Virus record (IMG/VR): IMGVR_UViG_2663763270_000002
Length of the DNA stretch: 64,000 nucleotides
Source: an uncultured virus (IMG/VR IMGVR_UViG_2663763270_000002)
Taxonomy: Duplodnaviria > Heunggongvirae > Uroviricota > Caudoviricetes
Strand: one strand, 5' to 3'
The position numbers were made by a program, and so were the translations under genes. The first letter of the stretch is position 1; every line of letters starts with the position of its first letter. A model generated the notes under the pieces. It made no database searches, was not told the DNA's origin, and worked only from the letters and a program-made list of their open reading frames with translations. Shown piece after piece: positions 28,254-35,833 of the stretch.

Positions 28254-28742
28254 ATGACCGTCACACAGTATGAAGTCGTTTGGGGCATCGAGGAATCCGA
28301 CCGCATCACCTACCCCACCGACCTCGACGACGTGATGCCCGAAGGCGGCAAGGCCCTCGCCCGCGCATCGCGCAAGCTGCTCGAGTTCGCCAACGCCCGG
28401 CACCGCGCGGGGCTCTACGCCGACGGCCGGTGCGTGGCAGGCAACAACGTCAGCGCGGCCCTGTGGGCCATCGCCAACGGCCGCGCGCTCTGGGAGGCCG
28501 CAGGATCGCCCCGACCGTCCAGCGACCCGCCCGCGCCCCAGGGCAGCCGCTGGACGGGCACCGGCGCGCACCGTACCCGCACGATCGAGCGGGTGACCAA
28601 CCATCGACACGACGCACGCGGCGTGTACGTCAACACGAAGCACGCCAAGGCTGAGTGTCTGTGCGGCTGGTCAGAGCCCGCCGCCGATCGCACCGAGGCA
28701 CGTTGGCGGGCGAAGAAACACCGCGAGACGGCCGCGAGCTGA
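28254..28742 (+). CDS. Hypothetical protein with C-terminal Zn-binding motif
   Basis: RBS AAGGAG; H..AECLCGW...A..H. Confidence 0.7.
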   Translation: MTVTQYEVVWGIEESDRITYPTDLDDVMPEGGKALARASRKLLEFANARHRAGLYADGRCVAGNNVSAALWAIANGRALWEAAGSPRPSSDPPAPQGSRWTGTGAHRTRTIERVTNHRHDARGVYVNTKHAKAECLCGWSEPAADRTEARWRAKKHRETAAS

Positions 28743-28806
28743 TCGGCGCCCTTCGGGGCGCGGCCCGCATTGGCTACTCAGACCAGAACACACCAGGGGA
28801 ACGAAA

Positions 28807-29133
28807 ATGCGATTCATCCGCGCCTATGACGCGCTCGACGGCTACCGGTACCACGGGCACCGAATCGGTTTCGAAGGTGGAATGCTGCTCTACTCCGATG
28901 AGGTGGGAGCCGTCCACATCAGCCTTGCCGAGGATGACGGATTCCTGGTGTCTATTTACCCCTCTGGCGGACGATGCGGCCATTACTGGGTCCCGGCTAT
29001 GGAGAACGCTCGAAATCTCGGCAGGCGGCTTCTGGCGCTTGCGGGCGAAGGTTACGACATTTCCGGCCGTCCTCCGGTCAAGCGTGAGCGTGGTCGATAC
29101 CCGCGCCATCGGAAACACCGCGCGGTAAGTTGA
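28807..29133 (+). CDS. Hypothetical protein
   Basis: RBS AGGGGA; stop overlaps operator. Confidence 0.6.
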   Translation: MRFIRAYDALDGYRYHGHRIGFEGGMLLYSDEVGAVHISLAEDDGFLVSIYPSGGRCGHYWVPAMENARNLGRRLLALAGEGYDISGRPPVKRERGRYPRHRKHRAVS

Positions 29134-29199
29134 CACAAAACGAGCCGCCGGGTAAAGTCGTCTTTGTCATTACGACAGCAGATTGAAAATTCCAGAGTG
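29129..29199 (+). promoter_or_regulatory. Operator/promoter plus boxA-like element
   Basis: TTGACA-17bp-TAAAGT; TTGAAAATTCCAGAGTG at 29183-29199. Confidence 0.78.
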
Positions 29200-29285
29200 G
29201 GACACGGTAGGCCGGGAGGACCGGGCCAGGGTCTAGCTGGCCCGGTCACCGGTAGACTACCCACCGAGCGAGAGGACACGCGACC

Positions 29286-29561
29286 ATGCCTGCACCTATC
29301 GAGAGCCGCGTCACCAACCTTGAGACCCTGGTCGCTGGGATCATCACCCAGCACGGGGACGAGCGGGACCGACTCGAGGCTCGGCACGCTGCGATCATGG
29401 ACGAGTTCGGGAACCTCCACGCGGGGGTAAGCGAACTCCGGTCGTACGTGGATCAGCGGATCACGGAGGTACAGACCGAACTTGCCGGGTACCGCCGAGA
29501 GGCAGACGCCCGACACTCCGCGATCATGGCGGCCCTGGAGGAACTTCTAGGACGCCGATGA
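29286..29561 (+). CDS. Coiled-coil hypothetical protein
   Basis: RBS GAGAGG; heptad pattern; terminator follows. Confidence 0.75.
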   Translation: MPAPIESRVTNLETLVAGIITQHGDERDRLEARHAAIMDEFGNLHAGVSELRSYVDQRITEVQTELAGYRREADARHSAIMAALEELLGRR

Positions 29562-29567
29562 ACGAGA

Positions 29568-29597
29568 ACCCCCGGACTCCGGTCCGGGGGTTTTCTT
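29568..29597. terminator. Intrinsic terminator
   Basis: CCCCCGGAC-TCCG-GTCCGGGGG-TTTTCTTTT. Confidence 0.8.
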
Positions 29598-29609
29598 TTA
29601 CCCCCTATC

Positions 29610-29828
29610 TCAAACGTAGAGCCGTTCATTCGGCAGGCGCGGGTATTTCCCTAGGCCGATAGGGCTCACGGCTACAGCGTCCACGTAGCGGTGTAAGGCG
29701 TTGTCCTGGGCGAAAGTGAGTGCGGCAGTGAGACAGGCCCGATAGACGAGCGTGACGGGCCGGGCTCCGCCGATTCGCACAGCGAGCCGAACGTCCGGGT
29801 CGGCGGGTACTGGTGACTCATTGCCCAC
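29610..29828 (-). CDS. Hypothetical protein (YRACLTAA...PRLPNE type)
   Basis: RBS GGAGG and GTG at 29828; resembles small Nocardia chromosomal proteins as recalled. Confidence 0.6.
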   Translation of the reverse strand: MGNESPVPADPDVRLAVRIGGARPVTLVYRACLTAALTFAQDNALHRYVDAVAVSPIGLGKYPRLPNERLYV

Positions 29829-30090
29829 GGCTTCGCCTCCAGTGCTCGCGGGTGGCTTCGATCTGCCGTGCTGCCGGGCCGGGTGGTCGTATCTCGTTCT
29901 CGTAGTGGGACCGAACCCGGTTCCACGTCGCTCGCGGCATGATGTCGCAGCACTCCCCGAGAGTGGGCAGGCCGAGAACTTCCACGTGCCCGTCTGGGTA
30001 GGTGATCTGGTGGACACGGATCACGCCGTGGTCCACGCTCCAGAGCACTTCGACGCCATCGGCGTATGTGCGATGCTCCCGGGCGGTCAT
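29818..30090 (-). CDS. Hypothetical protein
   Basis: Coupled in a three-gene minus operon. Confidence 0.55.
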   Translation of the reverse strand: MTAREHRTYADGVEVLWSVDHGVIRVHQITYPDGHVEVLGLPTLGECCDIMPRATWNRVRSHYENEIRPPGPAARQIEATREHWRRSRGQ

Positions 30091-30293
30091 TTCCCACCGT
30101 CACCCGGCGCTCTGGTGATGGTCTCCGGGACTGGGGGATGGTTCACCCCGGCCCCGGGACGTTCGTCGGCCGCTTCCCCGTAGCGCAGATGGAAGGCCAC
30201 CAGCGCCAGAACTTCCAGCGGCGGGCCGTCGTGCCGCTGGGGCGGGCCGGTGAAGGCGGTTCGTCTGGGTAGTACCGTGCTGGTCGAGTGCAT
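30087..30293 (-). CDS. Hypothetical protein
   Basis: RBS AGGGGA; divergent from XRE gene. Confidence 0.5.
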   Translation of the reverse strand: MHSTSTVLPRRTAFTGPPQRHDGPPLEVLALVAFHLRYGEAADERPGAGVNHPPVPETITRAPGDGGK

Positions 30294-30306
30294 CCGATTC
30301 CCCTGT

Positions 30307-30343
30307 TAGACACTCTCGTCTGAGCTAGACAAGATTGTCTGAG
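30307..30343. promoter_or_regulatory. Tandem palindromic operators AGAC-N6-GTCT
   Basis: TAGACACTCTCGTCTGAG and TAGACAAGATTGTCTGAG, 19-bp period, in divergent intergenic region. Confidence 0.6.
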
Positions 30344-30788
30344 AGTACGTCACGCCCTACCCTGGGGGGAAGAGGTTCGTAGGAAGGATTCGACCGTGAG
30401 CACCCCCGAGACGATCCGGCGATTACGCGGGGACCGACCGCAAGGTGAGTGGGGAGCACCGGCAGGGCTGACACAGCGGCAGGTCTCGCGTCTGGAGTCC
30501 GGCGACGCGGAATTGACCTTGGCCCAGGCCGTACGCATCTCAGAGGCGTACGGGGTGTCCCTCACGGAGTTGGCGGGCAAGATGCCGGGTCCAATAGACC
30601 TGTCCGGTGATTGGTGGGCGGCGTGGCAGACCCTCAAAGACGACATTCCGCGTGTGGACTTCCATGAGCTACGGATTCGCCAAGATGGCGAGTTCCTACA
30701 GCTCGATGGCGACCGCGCCCGGTCTGTCGAAGACGGTTCGTACGCCTGGGTCGGTGAGGCTCGTATGTGGGACTCGGAGGTGCTTCTA

Positions 30789-31651
30789 AGGGCTGTCCCG
30801 TAAGTTGTTGAGCGCCAGCCGTTATCGTGTTCCCGTGGCGGTGATCTCGGCGGCCGATCCGGTGATGGTGGAGTTGTTCAGTGGGCTGCGGCCACGCAAG
30901 TTCGCCCGCCTGATCACGCGGTTGCGGCGTGAGGGCGCCGACCGGCCGTTGCGGGGCCGGCCCTGGGGGTTGTGCTTCGAGGACCGGGTGTTGCTGGTGG
31001 CCACCTACTGGCGCACCAACCTCACGATGCGGCAGCTGGCAGCGGTGTTCGGGGTATCGAAGTCCGCCGCGGCCAGAGTGATCGAAGATCTCGGCCCGGC
31101 CCTGGGTTTACGTCCCCGTGTCCGGTTTCCGCATGGCGCGGTGTTGATCGTGGACGGCACCCTGGTCCCGACCCGGGACCACGATGTGGCTGCACCCAGC
31201 AAGAACTACCGGTACTCGACCAATCATCAGGTCGTCATCGACGCCGACACCGAACTCGTCGTCGCTCTCGGCCGGCCGCTGCCGGGCAACCGCAACGATT
31301 GCCGCGCCTACGGCGAGTCAGGCGCGGCCCATGCCTGCCGCAACGCGGTGGTGATCGCCGATGGCGGCTACCAGGGCACGAGCGCGATCATCCCGCACCG
31401 CCGTGTCCCGGGCCGGGACCTACCGGAGTGGAAACAGGCCCACAACGCCTCCCATCGCAAGGTCCGTGCTCGTGTCGAGCACACCTTCTCCCGGATGAAG
31501 ACCTGGAAGATCCTGCGGGACTGCCGTCTACGTGGCAACGGTGTCGCTGTCGCGATGGCCGGAGTCGCCACCCTGGCCAACCTCGCCCACGCCCGCTGAC
31601 CCCAGCCAGGGGCAGGTCGTCATCGCCGGGTCGGACTTACGGGACAACCCT
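30789..31651 (+). mobile_element. IS5-family insertion sequence (IS112-like), 863 bp
   Basis: Terminal IRs AGGGCTGTCCCGTAAGT / ACTTACGGGACAACCCT; TA duplication in CTAG target. Confidence 0.92.
30805..31599 (+). CDS. tnp: IS5-family DDE transposase
   Basis: LIVDGT, GNRND, IADGGYQG, RARVEHTF motifs. Confidence 0.93.
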   Translation: MLSASRYRVPVAVISAADPVMVELFSGLRPRKFARLITRLRREGADRPLRGRPWGLCFEDRVLLVATYWRTNLTMRQLAAVFGVSKSAAARVIEDLGPALGLRPRVRFPHGAVLIVDGTLVPTRDHDVAAPSKNYRYSTNHQVVIDADTELVVALGRPLPGNRNDCRAYGESGAAHACRNAVVIADGGYQGTSAIIPHRRVPGRDLPEWKQAHNASHRKVRARVEHTFSRMKTWKILRDCRLRGNGVAVAMAGVATLANLAHAR

Positions 31652-31862
31652 TAGGGTGGTACCGCGCCAAGGACGGCGCTACGCGCTCGAAAGGCGTGCT
31701 CTACATGTCGATACACCCGCACGGACTTCACATGCTCGGCGGCTGGATCGGCCTCTCTACGCAAGGCCCGGCCGTTCGAGGATGGGCCGGGATCGCACGC
31801 CACCGCGACCACCTGGAGGCCCTTATGCATGAGATCGGGCAGAGTAGGGGAGACTGGCTGGC

Positions 31863-32198
31863 ATGGCCGAAAGTGTCGACATCGTAAGCATTTCCATCAC
31901 CGCCGAGGACGACGAGCACCTAGCCGACATCACCCGGACGTTGGTCCGGGAGCGACTTGCCGCGTGCGGGAACATCATCGGCGGCGTGCGTTCCGTCTAC
32001 GCGTGGCAAGGCGAGATCGAGGACGAGGAAGAGGCGTTGCTAATCCTGCACACGAGCGCCGCGCTCGTGGACCGGGTGGTCGAGCGTGTCCGAGAGCTGC
32101 ACCCGTACGACACCCCGCAAGTGCTCGCGGTGCCTGTCGTCGGCGCGCTGGAGGGCTACCGGCGTTGGATACTCGACTGGGCCACCGGGGAGGCGTAG
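31863..32198 (+). CDS. cutA: CutA divalent-cation tolerance family protein
   Basis: LVRERLAACGNI, SVYAWQGEIE, ELHPYDTPQVLA motifs. Confidence 0.92.
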   Translation: MAESVDIVSISITAEDDEHLADITRTLVRERLAACGNIIGGVRSVYAWQGEIEDEEEALLILHTSAALVDRVVERVRELHPYDTPQVLAVPVVGALEGYRRWILDWATGEA

Positions 32199-32216
32199 AC
32201 CCAGGACGCACCTATC

Positions 32217-32241
32217 GGGCCCCCTTCGGGGAGCCCTTTTT
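32217..32241 (+). terminator. Intrinsic terminator
   Basis: GGGCCCCC-TTCG-GGGAGCCC-TTTTT. Confidence 0.75.
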
Positions 32242-32271
32242 GCTGCCCTGACCAGGGTCTTTGTCAGATAA

Positions 32272-32284
32272 GTTGACACAAAAC
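32272..32284 (+). promoter_or_regulatory. Operator GTTGACACAAAAC
   Basis: Exact copy; weak -10 GAAGCT at 17 bp. Confidence 0.8.
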
Positions 32285-32434
32285 AAGAATCGTGCGAAGC
32301 TATCGGCACAACTTCAGAGCGGATCGGAAAACGCGAGACAGCGAGTTTCCCCCGGCGACCGGGAGCCCTAAAGCACGCAGGGTTCGAGAGCTGATGCAGC
32401 AACACTACGGGCGCAACAAGGAACGAAATTCAAT

Positions 32435-32464
32435 GTTGACACAAAACGATCCACGCGCTAAAGT
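32435..32464 (+). promoter_or_regulatory. Operator/major early promoter
   Basis: TTGACA-17bp-TAAAGT; boxA-like TTGAGAACTACATAGAGTG at 32530. Confidence 0.82.
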
Positions 32465-32728
32465 TGGAGACAACAGCGGGACGGAACAACTAGAGGCCAA
32501 GCCGACAGGGACCGGGCTCCGCACGAAACTTGAGAACTACATAGAGTGAGCCGAAAGATTCGAGCGGTATGGACGCGCTAGGCGCGGTACCGTGGCGGGC
32601 ACAAGCGCCCGTTATCGAATCAGCGGAGGTCGGCCCGAAGTCGGGCGCGACCGATCGGTCAGAACCGATCGCGCGTCGGGGGCGTTACCCGACCGACCAC
32701 GACCAACCAATATCGAGAAAGGTCGACA

Positions 32729-33100
32729 ATGGCAATCAAGGCGGCCACTCCGCGCGACACCGATACGATCATCTTCGGTGCGGGAATCCCCAACTACTAC
32801 ACGTGGTGGAAGTCGTTCGAACCGAACTTCGACCCGAGTTCGGAAGCCCCGGACGACTGGAGATACACCGTAACGGCGGAACACCCGAAGGACGAGCAAG
32901 CCACCGTGACCAAGGAAATCGGTCACACCGATCTCATGAGGGCGGTTCGGGTGGTTGCCCGAAAGGACTCGGGCCACAGGGAAACGCTCCGAAAAGAGTG
33001 CAACAACCTGATCTTCAACGTAGACGAGTGCGACATGGACGCCAGCGACGCGGACGTGGTTCTTCAGCTCGCGGTGTATGGCGAAGTCATCTTCGGCTAG
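32729..33100 (+). CDS. Hypothetical protein (conserved actinophage DADxVLQxAxYGEVxFG C-terminus)
   Basis: RBS GAAAGGT. Confidence 0.8.
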   Translation: MAIKAATPRDTDTIIFGAGIPNYYTWWKSFEPNFDPSSEAPDDWRYTVTAEHPKDEQATVTKEIGHTDLMRAVRVVARKDSGHRETLRKECNNLIFNVDECDMDASDADVVLQLAVYGEVIFG

Positions 33101-33158
33101 CAGGACGAACCGGAGCCTACGGGCTCCGGTTCTCTCCGAACAGGGAGGGAGTACGTAG

Positions 33159-33365
33159 GTGCCTCGTAAGGGTGCAGACCGTTACAAGGCCGATTGGTCG
33201 GACGAGTCTTACCCGGAGATTGTTCGGGCCGACGAGGATGACGAGTACGCGACCACGTTTCAGGAAGCCAAGCATGAAGTTATTGACCACTTCACCCAGG
33301 TTCGGGACCACGCGCGAGACCGGATCGCGTCGATGCGTGGACTCCGCAAGTCCGACGTGGTGTAG
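33159..33365 (+). CDS. Hypothetical protein
   Basis: RBS GGAGGGAG. Confidence 0.65.
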   Translation: MPRKGADRYKADWSDESYPEIVRADEDDEYATTFQEAKHEVIDHFTQVRDHARDRIASMRGLRKSDVV

Positions 33366-33379
33366 TCAGTAACTAGGCA

Positions 33380-33452
33380 GGATCGCTAGCTCAATTGGCA
33401 GAGCAACCGGCTTTTAACCGGTGGGTTCCGGGTTCGAGCCCCGGGCGGTCCA
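33380..33452 (+). tRNA. tRNA-Lys(TTT)
   Basis: Full cloverleaf; ACCGG-CT TTT AA-CCGGT. Confidence 0.95.
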
Positions 33453-33483
33453 CGCAGGACAACCTACAACAAAGGAAACCAGC

Positions 33484-33714
33484 ATGGACAAGATCGAAGT
33501 TAGGCATCTGCTCGAAGTTCTTTCGGGCTGGGGTGACGACCTTGCAATCGGGATCGACTACGGAAAGGTAGTTGTGACCGATCGGCTCGCAATGGTGACG
33601 AGCGGGGTAAAGGTCGTGGCCGACCGATCCAAGGTGGTCTCTGACCTCATCGCAGCCGAATGGGACCACGCGGCGGTGTTGATGATGCTCAACGATAAAG
33701 CGGCCGGAGCGTGA
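33484..33714 (+). CDS. Hypothetical protein
   Basis: RBS AAAGGA before ATG 33484. Confidence 0.7.
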   Translation: MDKIEVRHLLEVLSGWGDDLAIGIDYGKVVVTDRLAMVTSGVKVVADRSKVVSDLIAAEWDHAAVLMMLNDKAAGA

Positions 33715-33996
33715 AGCTCACAGCCGCTCAGCGGGATTGCCTACGGGTACATGTACCTACGGGAAACCAAGCCGCTGTACGAGGGTCCTAGAGGGCCGGA
33801 ATACGCCCATCTGACCGATGGGCATGGGTTCCAGTTGTCGACGGTCCGCGCGCTGGAGGCGCGCGGGCTGTGCAAGGTCGATGTGTACTACGCACCGACC
33901 ATGCACGAGGAAGGTATGTCCAGACCGCCCGCTGTGCGGTCGTGGGTGGCGGAGCTGACCGATAAGGGTCGGTCATGCAGCCAGGAAGGTGACTAG
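33711..33996 (+). pseudogene. Probable frameshifted small winged-helix-like gene
   Basis: GTG at 33711 gives MKLTAAQRDCLR; one extra G shifts to YMYLRETK...STVRALEARGL. Confidence 0.5.
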
Positions 33997-33999
33997 TCC

Positions 34000-34311
34000 G
34001 TGAGTCTCTACCCGGATTTCCAGGTGTACGGGAAAGTCCAGGAAGTCTATTTCAGATTCGATGAAGCTAGCGAGTTGTCGCGAGACCGGGCGATCGAGGA
34101 ATCCGAGACTGGGAGGTCCGTGGACCCTGCCTATGGCAGCTTCGTCTACCTCGATGAAGGCTCAGGCTGGGAAGTCGACAAGATCATGGTCACCGGTCGG
34201 TTGTGGCGTAAGACCGGGGGCCTGGGCAACTTGACGACGATCAACCCTGCCTGTTCTGACCTTCCCCCGGAGCTGCGTGCAGCGCTGGAGGGGAACAGGC
34301 CGAAGGGCTAG
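34000..34311 (+). CDS. Hypothetical protein
   Basis: RBS GAAGGT; tight packing. Confidence 0.65.
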   Translation: MSLYPDFQVYGKVQEVYFRFDEASELSRDRAIEESETGRSVDPAYGSFVYLDEGSGWEVDKIMVTGRLWRKTGGLGNLTTINPACSDLPPELRAALEGNRPKG

Positions 34312-34316
34312 TAACA

Positions 34317-34367
34317 GGGAAGGCGGACAGGCCGCCCAGTGCCGGGGTTCGACTCCCCGGCTTCCCA
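34317..34367 (+). ncRNA. Anticodon-less tRNA-like minihelix
   Basis: GGGAAG/CTTCCC acceptor, CCGGGG-TTCGACT-CCCCGG T arm, single GCGG/CCGC hairpin. Confidence 0.6.
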
Positions 34368-34394
34368 CTCCAGTAGGAACGAGAAAGGAACCAG

Positions 34395-34652
34395 ATGGAA
34401 ACGAAAGCGAGCATGGCGAACGCCGTCGTGACGCTCCCGCCGGTCGAAGTAGACCAGGACGGTTTCAAGTACTTCGACGCGGGTGAAGGACGGTGGGACC
34501 GGTGCCGGGTAGTCGTCAGGAAGTCGGACAATCGCCTTGCGCTGGACGGCATTCCGTCGATCCTCGGTAGCCCGGAGGAAGCACGCGCCGTTGCCGCTGC
34601 CCTGCTGGCAGGCGCGAAGTACCTGGAGACTCGCGGTGACGCCGTGGGTTGA
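34395..34652 (+). CDS. Hypothetical protein
   Basis: RBS GAAAGGA; SPEEARAVAAALLAGA motif. Confidence 0.7.
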   Translation: METKASMANAVVTLPPVEVDQDGFKYFDAGEGRWDRCRVVVRKSDNRLALDGIPSILGSPEEARAVAAALLAGAKYLETRGDAVG

Positions 34653-34843
34653 CTGGGGCTCTTCGGTCCCTAGGTGGGGTCAGGTCTCTCCACCGCATCG
34701 AGAGACACGGGATCACGGCTCTAAACCGTGATCTTGGTCACAGGCAATGGGGAGATGCTGGGCGTTAGCCCAGGTCGCTACGGATGGCAGTACATAGGGG
34801 GGTTGACCAACCGCGAGTATGTTTCGATCCTGCTTGTTCTAGA

Positions 34844-34859
34844 TCGAACACATGTTCTA
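34844..34859. promoter_or_regulatory. LexA (SOS) box-like site
   Basis: TCGAACACATGTTCTA vs actinobacterial consensus TCGAAC-N4-GTTCGA. Confidence 0.7.
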
Positions 34860-35017
34860 AGCTCCATTCAACGGATTAACCGGATAACGCTAGAGCTTAA
34901 GAAAGGCGGGGGTAAGCTACACCACTTGACAACCTATGTACTTGACGCCGAACGCGTGCGTGGCGCATTGTTGTGTGTAAACAATGGGTCACGTTAGGCT
35001 GGAAAGGTAACAAGGAC

Positions 35018-35521
35018 ATGGGTAGGCAGCCGATTCTGTCGCTTGATGAAGTCGAAGCGCTCTTGCGAGCGGGATTCACTCAGCAGGAGATCGCAGACAT
35101 TAAGGGAGTAACCCGGGCCGCCGTTTCCGTCGCACTCAAGCGCCACGGTATGACGGCCCGGGAGCCGGGTCCTCGGGAGCTGGGAAACAAGGATTTCCCG
35201 TTTGAGGTTCCAGTTATTTTCCAACAGGACCCATATCAGCGGTTGCGTGATCATGGGGAATACATGTTCACCAAGGGGAAGGGGATGAGCGAGGCCAGGA
35301 TAAAACGTCTCAGAACGTTTTACCGAAAGCTGATCGAAAACAACTGGGTCGTTGAATACGACCCGAACCTACCTCCCGTGGAGGGTGTCAGCTCTAAGGG
35401 CGGGTGGGCCTACCGACCGCGCGAAGAAAAAGACGGGAACCTTATCATCCGAGTGAATGAATACACGACGCTGACCGATTACGCGCGAACAGTCTACGTT
35501 CTGCCGGATGTGGTTCCGTAA
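35018..35521 (+). CDS. Immunity repressor (cluster A L5 gp71-like)
   Basis: N-terminal HTH TQQEIADIKGVTRAAVS; PYQRLRDHGEY and VVEYDPNLPP..GVS..GGW motifs. Confidence 0.9.
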   Translation: MGRQPILSLDEVEALLRAGFTQQEIADIKGVTRAAVSVALKRHGMTAREPGPRELGNKDFPFEVPVIFQQDPYQRLRDHGEYMFTKGKGMSEARIKRLRTFYRKLIENNWVVEYDPNLPPVEGVSSKGGWAYRPREEKDGNLIIRVNEYTTLTDYARTVYVLPDVVP

Positions 35522-35539
35522 CGAGGGGATACAACCACT

Positions 35540-35833
35540 GTGTTAGAGATGGCCGCAGAAGCTATAGCAAGGAACGTCGATACGTCCATCGACGGACTTC
35601 TAGATGTGCAGTTGCTAGCGACAGCACACGGCTTGTTGCTAATGGCTTACAGGTCGATACACGTAAAGGTCGATGGGTACCTTTATGCGCCGGTGGTCGC
35701 CTTTCTTTCGGACTTCCCTCACACGCTCGTGTCCTCCGAGGAAAAGGAGGACACGGCAATGTGTGGTGGTCGCGGGATTCGCGACATGTACAGGATTGGA
35801 GGTGTCATACCATCGAAGGCGAACGCAGCCTAA
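35540..35833 (+). CDS. Hypothetical protein
   Basis: Between repressor and Cas4-like gene, as in cluster A. Confidence 0.55.
   Translation: MLEMAAEAIARNVDTSIDGLLDVQLLATAHGLLLMAYRSIHVKVDGYLYAPVVAFLSDFPHTLVSSEEKEDTAMCGGRGIRDMYRIGGVIPSKANAA

Larger units (their letters stand above)
30396..31887 (+). pseudogene. XRE-family HTH regulator with C-terminal beta-barrel, interrupted by IS
   Basis: Removing 30789-31653 restores a 208-aa ORF (...SEVLL|GWYRAKDG...). Confidence 0.88.

Noticed and set aside
32385..32430. Hammerhead-like CTGATG...CGAAA
   Set aside because: Core is CTGATGC rather than CTGATGA and supporting stems were not found
32569..33372. 267-aa plus-strand ORF
   Set aside because: Arg/Gly-rich shadow frame overlapping better-supported genes and a tRNA-adjacent region
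34728..34997. 89-aa ORF upstream of repressor
   Set aside because: No clear RBS; overlaps the SOS box and promoter elements of an AT-richer regulatory region
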